The notes under the pieces were generated by a model, which was given only the letters and a program-made list of their open reading frames with translations, was not told where the DNA came from and did not search any database. From a virus (lineage: Duplodnaviria; Heunggongvirae; Uroviricota; Caudoviricetes): a stretch of 35,331 bases of DNA. This document shows positions 26,910-34,338 of this stretch, piece by piece; within the stretch, counting starts at the first letter, position 1; each line of letters starts with the position of its first letter. The DNA lies in IMG/VR virus record IMGVR_UViG_2703718813_000007, one strand, 5' to 3'. Position numbers and translations under genes: made by a program.

Positions 26910-29425
26910 TGTGGCGCCTCCGTATTCGGTGCGGGGGTGATATCAATGCGGCGGGTGCTGTCATTCCAGTACGCGGTGCGTCCGTCAGCCAGGCGCACGC
27001 GGGCACCGTGACGGACGGAAACGACGGCGCTTTCATGCAGCTGCACGCCCAGCGCATCAAGCTCGCGGGTGATTTGTGCGGTGATGTGTGGCTCAGCGGT
27101 CAGTGCGACACTCACGCGAACGCCGCCAGCGGACGCACTGATGCCGCCGTTTTTCACGGTTTCCGTGTCAGGTTGCGGGTTTTTCAGCTGCCTGGTGAGT
27201 TGTTTTCGCTCTGTGGGGGTCAGTGACCTTAACCATTCACCCAAATCACCTTCCGGCAGGGTAAGTCGCTGCTCCCTGCGTCCGTCCGGCTGCCTTTCTG
27301 GCGGGTCGTTTATGGTCAGATTCTGGTCAGGGGGACAGTTATTGCCACGAGTCCAAGGTGCGGCAAAGCCGCACTCAACGTCAAAACCCTCGTCCGTGCG
27401 GTCTTCGTTTTCCGGCTTACGTCTGACCAGTTTCCAGGTGTCCGGGTGGGTGCATATGGTGTAGCGCTCCCCGAGTGACGGGGCGCGGACGCCGTAAATG
27501 CGTTGCGGGAATTCGCCGTAGTCGTTGGCCTCTTCGGCAGTTTCGTATGCGGTGCGGACTAGGTACGTGTTGCGGGGAATGAGCACACCACCCTGGCGGG
27601 TGATATAGGTGGCAAAACATCCCACGTCGGCGGCGGCCAGTATGGCGTCAATGTCGTCATGGTCCAGACGCTGCGGGGCAGCCGGGTTACGGGCCATCTG
27701 CCCGGCAAGGCGGCGGAGTTCTCGCCATACCTGGCGGGGAGGGATACCGAAGAACTGGAACTGGCGGATGCGGTGAAGGGCCGCCCAGCCGATGGCGTTC
27801 TCCACGGTTTCGGCCATGGTTTTGCCTGATTCCTTATCGACGTAAGGTTTGCCGGTTTTCGGGTCATTCCCCATGAAGGCGCTGGCGTCCAGGTTCTTAC
27901 CGATATAGGTCGCGATATAGCTCGCCGGTGTGCCTTTTGCCGGGTCGATTTTTTCGCATTTAAAACGCGGGGAGATATCATCACCCAGCTCTGCGCGGTC
28001 CTCCCTGATGGCGGCGTTGCGCATGATTTCAGTGATACGGGCTTCGTTTTCCGGGCTGGTGAATACCAGCATGTGCCAGTGCGGTGTACCGTCGTGGTGG
28101 GGCTCCACGGTGCGCACGCCGTACCAGCCCAGCCCGGCCTTGTTGATGGCCCTGCGGACGGCGGCGAAAAAGCGGTAAACCAGATAATCACTGGCATCAC
28201 GTACCGTTGCTCCGCAGTATTTCGGGTTCAGGCTGCCGTCATCGTTCACGCTGTGAAAACGGGAAGGGGCTGTGACGGTGACGAAAAACGCCACGTCGCC
28301 GCGTGCTTCGGCGACCTGCTCCATTCCCCGGACGCAGGCCATCATCTCGTTACGGCGGTTACGCGGATTAGAGAGACCTGCCCAGTAGATATCCTCAAGG
28401 CTGAACCGTTCTCCCTCTTCGTTCTCGATGTCCCAGGCCTTCAGAAAATCGCGGGTGCGCTGGCGTTTTTCGCGCCAGTCCAGTAACGCTTCATGGCTGA
28501 TATATACCGATGTCTTACGTGACACCAGACCTGCGGCGCGTAACAGTTCTTCACGCCAGATGTCCCGGAGGTGTCTTAACTGACTGTTCCACCATGTCGC
28601 ACAGGAAAGGCGCATGACCGCACCCGGCACCTGTTCCGGGTCGGGGGCGGTGCGGCGGTCGGGCCTGATTTCCAGCGACGGCCAGCAGGGTGGCGTGATA
28701 CCCAGTTTTAACGCCATGTGTGCCAGTGGCTGGTAGGTCAGTAACCAGGTGAACAGGTCATCGTCACCCCTGCCGGTCTTTTCGATGACCTCATCACATG
28801 CGCGCTCCAGTGCGGTGGAAAACGCGGTGGCGGTCAGGGTGGCAAGGCGCTGGATTTCGTCACGGCTCAGCTGCGGCAGCATAAGCAGTTCATCCAGCCG
28901 TTCGCGCGCGGCGGTGGCCTTAAAGGCCGGGGTGGCAAAGCGATCATTCACACGGGCGATACGTTTCAGGCGGGCACGCAGCCCGTGACGAACGAAGTTA
29001 TCCGCCGCGTATGCGCTGTTGTTCTTAAGCCCTTCCCGGCGTGCGCTCTCCTGTTTGCGGCTCAGGCGTGCCAGGTCACGGATGAGCGGACCGGCAAGAA
29101 ACGGCGGCAGGGCGCGCAGCTCTGCCATGGCTTCAGATACCAGCGTTGGCGGATTCTCGTGTTTGTGCCGCGCCAGTTTTTCCAGTCTGATCCGACGCTC
29201 TTCGTCGTGGTGAAGATGCGAATTAATTCGCTTGCCTTCGTCTGTGTTTGTCAGGAAGTCGACGGTCTCTTCATCCAGTCTTGCATCAATGCGAATGTCT
29301 TCGTTGATGTAGCTCTGAATGGCCTGGCGCAATGCGGTTGGTTGCGCTCTGCCGAATGTTTCAGGATCGATAACCGGTAGCGGGGCGTTCCACGGGTACG
29401 CCAGTTGTGCGTTATGGTCGCTCAT
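26906..29425 (-). CDS. A: Replication initiation endonuclease (rolling-circle), P2 gpA-like, about 839 aa
   Basis: Size and position match P2 A; the central region contains a His-hydrophobic-His cluster (PHWHMLVF) and downstream Tyr residues (ASYIATYIGK) typical of rolling-circle initiators. ATG at 29425; the track begins at a GTG at 29434. Confidence 0.88.
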   Translation of the reverse strand: MSDHNAQLAYPWNAPLPVIDPETFGRAQPTALRQAIQSYINEDIRIDARLDEETVDFLTNTDEGKRINSHLHHDEERRIRLEKLARHKHENPPTLVSEAMAELRALPPFLAGPLIRDLARLSRKQESARREGLKNNSAYAADNFVRHGLRARLKRIARVNDRFATPAFKATAARERLDELLMLPQLSRDEIQRLATLTATAFSTALERACDEVIEKTGRGDDDLFTWLLTYQPLAHMALKLGITPPCWPSLEIRPDRRTAPDPEQVPGAVMRLSCATWWNSQLRHLRDIWREELLRAAGLVSRKTSVYISHEALLDWREKRQRTRDFLKAWDIENEEGERFSLEDIYWAGLSNPRNRRNEMMACVRGMEQVAEARGDVAFFVTVTAPSRFHSVNDDGSLNPKYCGATVRDASDYLVYRFFAAVRRAINKAGLGWYGVRTVEPHHDGTPHWHMLVFTSPENEARITEIMRNAAIREDRAELGDDISPRFKCEKIDPAKGTPASYIATYIGKNLDASAFMGNDPKTGKPYVDKESGKTMAETVENAIGWAALHRIRQFQFFGIPPRQVWRELRRLAGQMARNPAAPQRLDHDDIDAILAAADVGCFATYITRQGGVLIPRNTYLVRTAYETAEEANDYGEFPQRIYGVRAPSLGERYTICTHPDTWKLVRRKPENEDRTDEGFDVECGFAAPWTRGNNCPPDQNLTINDPPERQPDGRREQRLTLPEGDLGEWLRSLTPTERKQLTRQLKNPQPDTETVKNGGISASAGGVRVSVALTAEPHITAQITRELDALGVQLHESAVVSVRHGARVRLADGRTAYWNDSTRRIDITPAPNTEAPQ

Positions 29426-29832
29426 GCGTCGCACTCCCCGGCAGTCGCCGCCTGAAACGCCGCGCGGTACAGCACGAGAAGGCGCTGGTATTCACCGATA
29501 AAGTCTTCTGCGGTGTATATGCCTTTCACGGCCACGCTGTGGTTTGTCATTTCCAGAACAAGCGTCATCTCTGACGACGACCAGCTGATGGCGGTGCTGT
29601 CGGTTCCGTTGATGTGAAATAAACCAAAACCATCACCTTTCACGTCCACGCGGTAACGGTCGTCAACGGTGAAGGAGAAATCCCCGTATGTGGTGACGCG
29701 TCTGGCGGCCTGTTTACAGGCGCGGCGGTAATAGTCGTGCCAGTCGTTGAGGCGGGAAGCCAGCCGGGGCTCCACTGCCCACATCCAGTTAAAAAAATCC
29801 TGAATATCTGAAAGTCCCTTAACGTTCTTCAT
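29422..29832 (-). CDS. Hypothetical early protein, 136 aa
   Basis: ATG at 29832 preceded by GGAGG; its stop overlaps the A start. Function unknown. Confidence 0.55.
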   Translation of the reverse strand: MKNVKGLSDIQDFFNWMWAVEPRLASRLNDWHDYYRRACKQAARRVTTYGDFSFTVDDRYRVDVKGDGFGLFHINGTDSTAISWSSSEMTLVLEMTNHSVAVKGIYTAEDFIGEYQRLLVLYRAAFQAATAGECDA

Positions 29833-29900
29833 GAGAACCTCCGGTCACAGACGTGCGGAAGCCTCCCGCGCACGGGTGCGGGATGGCTTCAGGATGTTGT

Positions 29901-30128
29901 TTAGTGGTGGTGTTGCTGGTTGATAAGGTCCTGCAGCTCTGCCAGGTCATCCGCCAGGTAGCTGAAGACAGCAGCGCAGTAACGGTTTGATAGCGCGTGC
30001 GTGCGCTCATGCAGCATGTTGATGTGCATGATTTGCGCGACGCGTGTTGCGCGCCAGAGTCTGCGGTTGATTTCAGTCCGGGTGTGAAGACGCTCAGCGC
30101 GGGCGCGCTGTTGCTTGCGGTTTGCCAT
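29901..30128 (-). CDS. Hypothetical small early protein, 75 aa (basic N-terminus)
   Basis: ATG at 30128 preceded by AAGAGG. The longer overlapping 206 aa track ORF is judged spurious. Confidence 0.45.
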   Translation of the reverse strand: MANRKQQRARAERLHTRTEINRRLWRATRVAQIMHINMLHERTHALSNRYCAAVFSYLADDLAELQDLINQQHHH

Positions 30129-30450
30129 GGTGTGGCCTCTTTGCTAGTAAGTTCTGAAAACTCACCAACCTGAGGCGGTAATCTCAGGGTGGCGAGACGT
30201 ACGGGGTTACCACAACCGGCTAGCAAAGAATCCGGCCCGACCGAAGTCGGCCCCGTACGCCCCGCCATAATTCGTGTGCGAAAAAGACGTGGCGATACAG
30301 TACGCACAAAAAAACCGCTGGCGCGGCTGTGCGCTTTGCTAGTCGGCGGGGTGGTAATCCCGGCACCCGTTTTATGAGGTGCAGCGGGAATGTAACCTGA
30401 CTGATTGCGGCATGGCAAGCGGTTTTTTTGTGTGTGCATGTTCTGGTTTC

Positions 30451-30750
30451 TTACTGGTTCAGAAAAAAATCAAAAACCTTGTCAATGCGTTGCAGCAGCT
30501 CTTGCTGTATTGCTTCCGGCGTTTCCGGTTCGCCCGGCGACTCCAACGTCGCGCAGAAATCAGCGATTTCATGATGGAGCGTCAGGCGAATGGCAGGAGC
30601 CGTGGTTCTGGCGTGCTCCAGCTCATCCAGCAGTGCCAGCACAGCAGACGGCGAGAGCATTGCGCGAAATGCCAGTAATTTTTGAGGCGTTGCCATTCGT
30701 TGCAGGGCAAATGCCAGTTCGCGTAGCTTCTGGTGGTTGATGGTGCTCAT
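30451..30750 (-). CDS. Hypothetical small protein, 99 aa (paralogue of the 31039-31251 product)
   Basis: Its ATG overlaps the stop of the upstream winged-helix gene (ATGA). The C-terminal half (HHEIADFCATLESPGEPETPEAIQQELLQRIDKVFDFFLN) is paralogous to the 31039-31251 product. Confidence 0.5.
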   Translation of the reverse strand: MSTINHQKLRELAFALQRMATPQKLLAFRAMLSPSAVLALLDELEHARTTAPAIRLTLHHEIADFCATLESPGEPETPEAIQQELLQRIDKVFDFFLNQ

Positions 30751-31013
30751 GCTCTGGCTTCCTTCAGTAGCTGGTTAAACATGTGAGCAAGTGGATTGCT
30801 ACACCCGAACGGCATCGGGTTTACGTGGTAAGAAGCCTGGCCTCCTGTTTTGCGAGCGCGACCACCTGTGCTGCGGTTTGTTCTGATGACTAAGCCGCCG
30901 CGCCAGAGTCGGCGTAACTCAGCATTAATGGCTGTGGTTGGGGTATTCAGTGCTGCGGCGATTTCACTTCCGCTGCACCCCGGATTGGCTGCGATGTAGT
31001 CCAGAATGGTCAT
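30747..31013 (-). CDS. Winged-helix DNA-binding protein (putative transcriptional regulator), 88 aa
   Basis: The segment SGSEIAAALNTPTTAINAELRRLWRGGLVIR looks like a helix-turn-helix with recognition helix and wing. Assignment by pattern only. Confidence 0.5.
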   Translation of the reverse strand: MTILDYIAANPGCSGSEIAAALNTPTTAINAELRRLWRGGLVIRTNRSTGGRARKTGGQASYHVNPMPFGCSNPLAHMFNQLLKEARA

Positions 31014-31038
31014 CGTGAGATCTCCTTTGCAGTTCCGG

Positions 31039-31251
31039 TTATTCAGTCGGGTTCAGGGTGTAATCAATGGCGTTTTCAATACGGCGTTTAAGGTCCCGGT
31101 GGATCTCACCTGGTGTTACTGGTGCGCCCGGACCGCTCAGCGTTGCCGTGAAGTCGTCGATTTCCTCCAGTAACAGATTGCGGAGTACGGCGATGTGGTG
31201 GCGTGCGTCTTTACCGGGTTTACGTGCGTTGGTGGTGTACTTGCTGATCAT
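31039..31251 (-). CDS. Hypothetical small protein, about 70 aa (paralogue of the 30451-30750 product)
   Basis: The internal ATG at 31251 overlaps the stop of the upstream gene (ATGA). The C-terminal region LLLEEIDDFTATLSGPGAPVTPGEIHRDLKRRIENAIDYTLN is paralogous to the 30451-30750 product. Confidence 0.45.
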   Translation of the reverse strand: MISKYTTNARKPGKDARHHIAVLRNLLLEEIDDFTATLSGPGAPVTPGEIHRDLKRRIENAIDYTLNPTE

Positions 31252-31490
31252 GGCCGCAGTTCTCCGTGGGCTTGTGTTTCTGATTTCCATGCCCCTCTGA
31301 TGGCCGTTACTTCGCGAACGGTACTGGCAATCGCGGTGATTTGTGTTCCGTCAGCCAGATGGATGTAGAGATAATCAGCGTCTGACGGGCACGGCGTGGT
31401 CGTTGTGATCAAATGACTTTCCACCATGAACTCGTGGCCCACGGCATCGGTGAAACGCGTCAGCATGGTGGCGGTAAATATGCTGTTCAT
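31248..31490 (-). CDS. Hypothetical small early protein, about 80 aa
   Basis: ATG at 31490 preceded by GAGGGG; the track start at 31505 is a GTG overlapping the upstream stop. Confidence 0.4.
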   Translation of the reverse strand: MNSIFTATMLTRFTDAVGHEFMVESHLITTTTPCPSDADYLYIHLADGTQITAIASTVREVTAIRGAWKSETQAHGELRP

Positions 31491-31501
31491 CGACCTGCCC
31501 C

Positions 31502-31780
31502 TCACGCTGAAAACTGGCCGGACTGTGTCCGGAGTTCTGCCAGTTCGCGCTCGAGGCGCAGGTTTTTCATATAGAGTTCACTGATGGTCTGTTTTGCTGT
31601 CACCATTGCCATGCTTTGCATTTGCAGGGCCATGTAGGTGGCAAAATGCTTGTCTTTATCTATTTCTGATATTCTTTCATCCAGTACATTGGTTATTTCA
31701 GTCAGCGTTTTTTGCGTAAATTCAATATGCGCCGGGTCGGTAAATAGTTTGTTTATTTCTGTAGGTGTATTGATGCTCAT
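31502..31780 (-). CDS. Hypothetical early protein, 92 aa (helical, coiled-coil-like C-terminus)
   Basis: ORF in the early operon; no motif recognised. Confidence 0.45.
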   Translation of the reverse strand: MSINTPTEINKLFTDPAHIEFTQKTLTEITNVLDERISEIDKDKHFATYMALQMQSMAMVTAKQTISELYMKNLRLERELAELRTQSGQFSA

Positions 31781-31859
31781 AGCTGTTTCTCCGTTTCTGG
31801 ATTGAGTGAAGCCCTCCGCAGATGCGGATGGTTTTAATGTTTTCTGTCCGGTTGGTTAT

Positions 31860-31985
31860 TTATTTACGGCGTTCTTCGCCAGTAAATAAAGATTCGATAT
31901 TTTTCAGCGCTTCGATAATTCGCATAATGCCAATCGCCATAAGCACGGAAATAATCAGAATCACCCATGAAAGAAATACGCTCAT
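31860..31985 (-). CDS. Small hydrophobic protein, 41 aa (below the ORF-track cut-off)
   Basis: Its ATG at 31985-31983 overlaps the TGA of the upstream 80 aa gene (ATGA); translates to MSVFLSWVILIISVLMAIGIMRIIEALKNIESLFTGEERRK, one transmembrane helix plus a charged tail. Confidence 0.35.
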   Translation of the reverse strand: MSVFLSWVILIISVLMAIGIMRIIEALKNIESLFTGEERRK

Positions 31986-32224
31986 GCTGCCACCTCTGTG
32001 AAATAAGGCTCAACGATTTCACCTTCAAACAGTTCGGCCACAATAACTTTTAATTCTTCCAGTGCTTCGCGGTCATCGCTGCCCAGTGCGCAGTTATACA
32101 GTCCCATAATTGCGCCCCGCAGTGAGTTACGAAGTCCTTCGTCCCGGGTTACACCCCGGTTTGCGAGTTCGAAGTGATAACGCTGCAACGCATTATTAAT
32201 AAGTATTTTGTAGGCTTCGATCAT
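31982..32224 (-). CDS. Hypothetical early protein, 80 aa
   Basis: ORF in the early operon; no motif recognised. Confidence 0.5.
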   Translation of the reverse strand: MIEAYKILINNALQRYHFELANRGVTRDEGLRNSLRGAIMGLYNCALGSDDREALEELKVIVAELFEGEIVEPYFTEVAA

Positions 32225-32243
32225 GGCTGAATCCTTTTATTTA

Positions 32244-32582
32244 TCAGCGGCGATGTTCCGGGTGCTGAAAACTGCGACCGCTGATTAACCGGTCTGCCGT
32301 TCTTAATGCTTCGTGTAGGGTGAAATCCTGCCCGAACTGCTCATCTCCGCGAGTCAGGGAGTAACAGGTATTTCCGGTAATCGGGTTGCGTGCGCCTCTG
32401 TGTATGACAATTCCGGCATCATTAATCAGCCAGGTGTGTTTACCGGTTTGTTTAACCAGATGCCCGTCAGGTGTGGCGTGCGTTTCCTGCAGGCTGTAGT
32501 GCGAGTTGCTGCGTGATGCGCTGGTTGAGAAACGGGCTGCGTGGCGTTCTGTGCCAGTGCGGAAGCTGCGTCTCTGTGTCAT
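32244..32582 (-). CDS. Hypothetical early protein, 112 aa
   Basis: ORF in the early operon, preceded by a CCACGC-CCGGC-GCGTGG hairpin at 32633-32649. Confidence 0.5.
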   Translation of the reverse strand: MTQRRSFRTGTERHAARFSTSASRSNSHYSLQETHATPDGHLVKQTGKHTWLINDAGIVIHRGARNPITGNTCYSLTRGDEQFGQDFTLHEALRTADRLISGRSFQHPEHRR

Positions 32583-32689
32583 ATCGAAAAACCCCGTTTA
32601 AGTTAAATGAAAATCAGTGCCGGGATGTTTAACCACGCCCGGCGCGTGGTATTCTGGTGTTTCCACACAACCAGAAAAAGGAGATAACA

Positions 32690-32884
32690 ATGTCTTACGA
32701 CGATGAATTAATAAAAATGCTTAAATCAGTAATTGAAATCGTGGATAAAATCCCCGAAGTTCCTCCGTCTTCTGATGATAAGCACGATCAAATCAGAGAT
32801 CTGGCTAACGATGTCCGCGAAAAAGTACTTCATAAATACCCTCGCAAGAGTTCCTGGAACTTTTCTAAGGGACCAACATACTAA
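32690..32884 (+). CDS. Hypothetical small acidic protein, about 64 aa, AT-rich cargo gene
   Basis: ATG at 32690 preceded by AAAAAGGAG at 8 nt; the track start is 32657. Convergent with the 131 aa gene, stops 13 bp apart. Markedly AT-rich by eye. Confidence 0.5.
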   Translation: MSYDDELIKMLKSVIEIVDKIPEVPPSSDDKHDQIRDLANDVREKVLHKYPRKSSWNFSKGPTY

Positions 32885-32897
32885 TAACCATGCCTGG

Positions 32898-33293
32898 TTA
32901 CTCCGGCATTTTTCTTTTGTAAATAGTGGTTTTATTAAGTGCCATTTCTCCGAATATATCCACAGCCTGCTCAACGGGCAGATTAATCATTATTCCACGG
33001 CTTGCGTATAGCATTATTCCGATGCATCCATTTTCTCTACTTTCGCAAAAGTGTCCGAACTCTGCTTCTGGTTTAAGTATCAGGTCATCAATGTTTTCAT
33101 TCGCTTTTAGCTTTGAACAAAAGTTAATTAATCCTTCAAGCTCTTTGTGTAACTCGCTATAGGTTGTTGTGATTGTTATTTTCGGTGAGCCTTCCAGATG
33201 CATCAGTATCGTGGCGTCCTTGTGTTCCTCTTTCAGGAGGCTTAACTGCTTAAGGACGGTTGCGGTTTTTTCTGATTTATTTTTGCCGCTCAT
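32898..33293 (-). CDS. Hypothetical protein, 131 aa, AT-rich cargo gene immediately downstream of the Cox-like gene
   Basis: ATG at 33293, 7 nt after the stop of the Cox-like gene. AT-rich codon usage unlike neighbouring phage genes. No motif recognised. Confidence 0.55.
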   Translation of the reverse strand: MSGKNKSEKTATVLKQLSLLKEEHKDATILMHLEGSPKITITTTYSELHKELEGLINFCSKLKANENIDDLILKPEAEFGHFCESRENGCIGIMLYASRGIMINLPVEQAVDIFGEMALNKTTIYKRKMPE

Positions 33294-33299
33294 CGATCA

Positions 33300-33824
33300 T
33301 CACCGTTCGTTTACATCCTGGCTCTGTTCCAGCTTTGACTTTCTGCCTTTGTAAACCCGTTTTCCATTGACGGTCTGGCAATCTTCCTTATCAGCCGGGG
33401 TAAACTTTCTTTTCTGGCGGTCGTATGTCCAGTAGCTTTTCCAGTTGTGCCATTCTGGTGGCTCGCATTCCGGGAGTTCGTCGGCCAGCTTGTCCCACTC
33501 TCTGACGTTAAACCACCAAACACCATCCGAATTCTCATCTTCAGGGTTTGAGCGGGTTTTATGTCCTGGCATCTGGTTACGCTGAAGAGCTGCGCGTAAT
33601 GCTGTTTTTGTTAATCCGATGTAGGCGGCCCCTTTTTCAAGTGAGCAAAGCCCGGCTATTGGGCCATCCAGCCGCAGGGTTGCCCCTTTTTTATATGTGC
33701 GCTGTGGCTTTTGTTCGTCGTTGTTATCTGTTGCTTCTTGTTGACTGGTATTGGCGTTGATGTACGCCGCTCCAGTTGTGTGATCGGTGTCAGATAACTC
33801 TTTATCGGCAATGAAGTCCCGCAT
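33300..33824 (-). CDS. Cox/Apl-like DNA-binding regulator (putative excisionase/transcriptional regulator), 174 aa
   Basis: First gene of the operon divergent from the repressor gene. The segment AAYIGLTKTALRAALQRNQMP ... GVWWFNVREW looks like a helix-turn-helix plus wing. It is longer than P2 Cox. SD GAGAGGA precedes the ATG. Confidence 0.5.
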   Translation of the reverse strand: MRDFIADKELSDTDHTTGAAYINANTSQQEATDNNDEQKPQRTYKKGATLRLDGPIAGLCSLEKGAAYIGLTKTALRAALQRNQMPGHKTRSNPEDENSDGVWWFNVREWDKLADELPECEPPEWHNWKSYWTYDRQKRKFTPADKEDCQTVNGKRVYKGRKSKLEQSQDVNER

Positions 33825-33885
33825 TTGTTATCCTCTCGCACAGGTGCGCCTATTGCACCTTATGAAGGTTTGTTTTGGGTTGTGA

Positions 33886-33937
33886 AGATAATCGAAAGGT
33901 TATCTTTTTCGAGAGGTTAATACTCAAATGGTTATCT
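33886..33937. promoter_or_regulatory. Operator-like repeats in the divergent repressor/Cox promoter region
   Basis: Inverted repeat AGATAA (33886-33891) and TTATCT (33900-33905); direct repeat GGTTATCT at 33898-33905 and 33930-33937, the latter overlapping the repressor start codon. Confidence 0.4.
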
Positions 33938-34269
33938 TGTCAATAGACTACGCGGAAAAATTACGCCAGATACGTAAGGCGGAGGGCTTAACGCAAAAAC
34001 AATTTGCTGAAATTACAGGGTTATCTCTGGCCACCGTAAGGAATTATGAATCAGGGCAAAAGAGCGCCAGAGCTAAAATCGTGGAGTCGGTTCTTCAGGC
34101 AGATCGATTTGAAAAGTATATGTTTTGGCTGTTAAAGGATAAGACGCTACCTGCCGCCGGGCAAATTGCCCCGGCTCTCTCTCTTGATGGATCTTCTCAG
34201 TCGGAGGGCGATCTGGCTTCAATCGACGTTACCCAAAAATCATCCCGATCAGGCCGCAATGCTGGCTGA
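33928..34269 (+). CDS. C: Immunity repressor, P2 C-like (helix-turn-helix), 113 aa
   Basis: The N-terminal KLRQIRKAEGLTQKQFAEITGLSLATVRNYESGQ and the later GQIAPAL match P2 C as I recall it (SRQQLADLTG, QIAPAL). Directly upstream of the integrase. Confidence 0.8.
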   Translation: MVILSIDYAEKLRQIRKAEGLTQKQFAEITGLSLATVRNYESGQKSARAKIVESVLQADRFEKYMFWLLKDKTLPAAGQIAPALSLDGSSQSEGDLASIDVTQKSSRSGRNAG

Positions 34270-34338
34270 CGTTACACATCGAGCGGGTTTCATCCCGCAG
34301 GGAGTGTTTGGTTAATTTATCCGTTGGAGGGGCTAATC

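Noticed and set aside
29819-30439. 206 aa minus-strand ORF spanning the structured intergenic region
   Set aside because: Low-complexity S/T/R/A-rich translation running across hairpins and repeats; the shorter 75 aa ORF (29901-30128) with a good SD is preferred and the rest is treated as non-coding.
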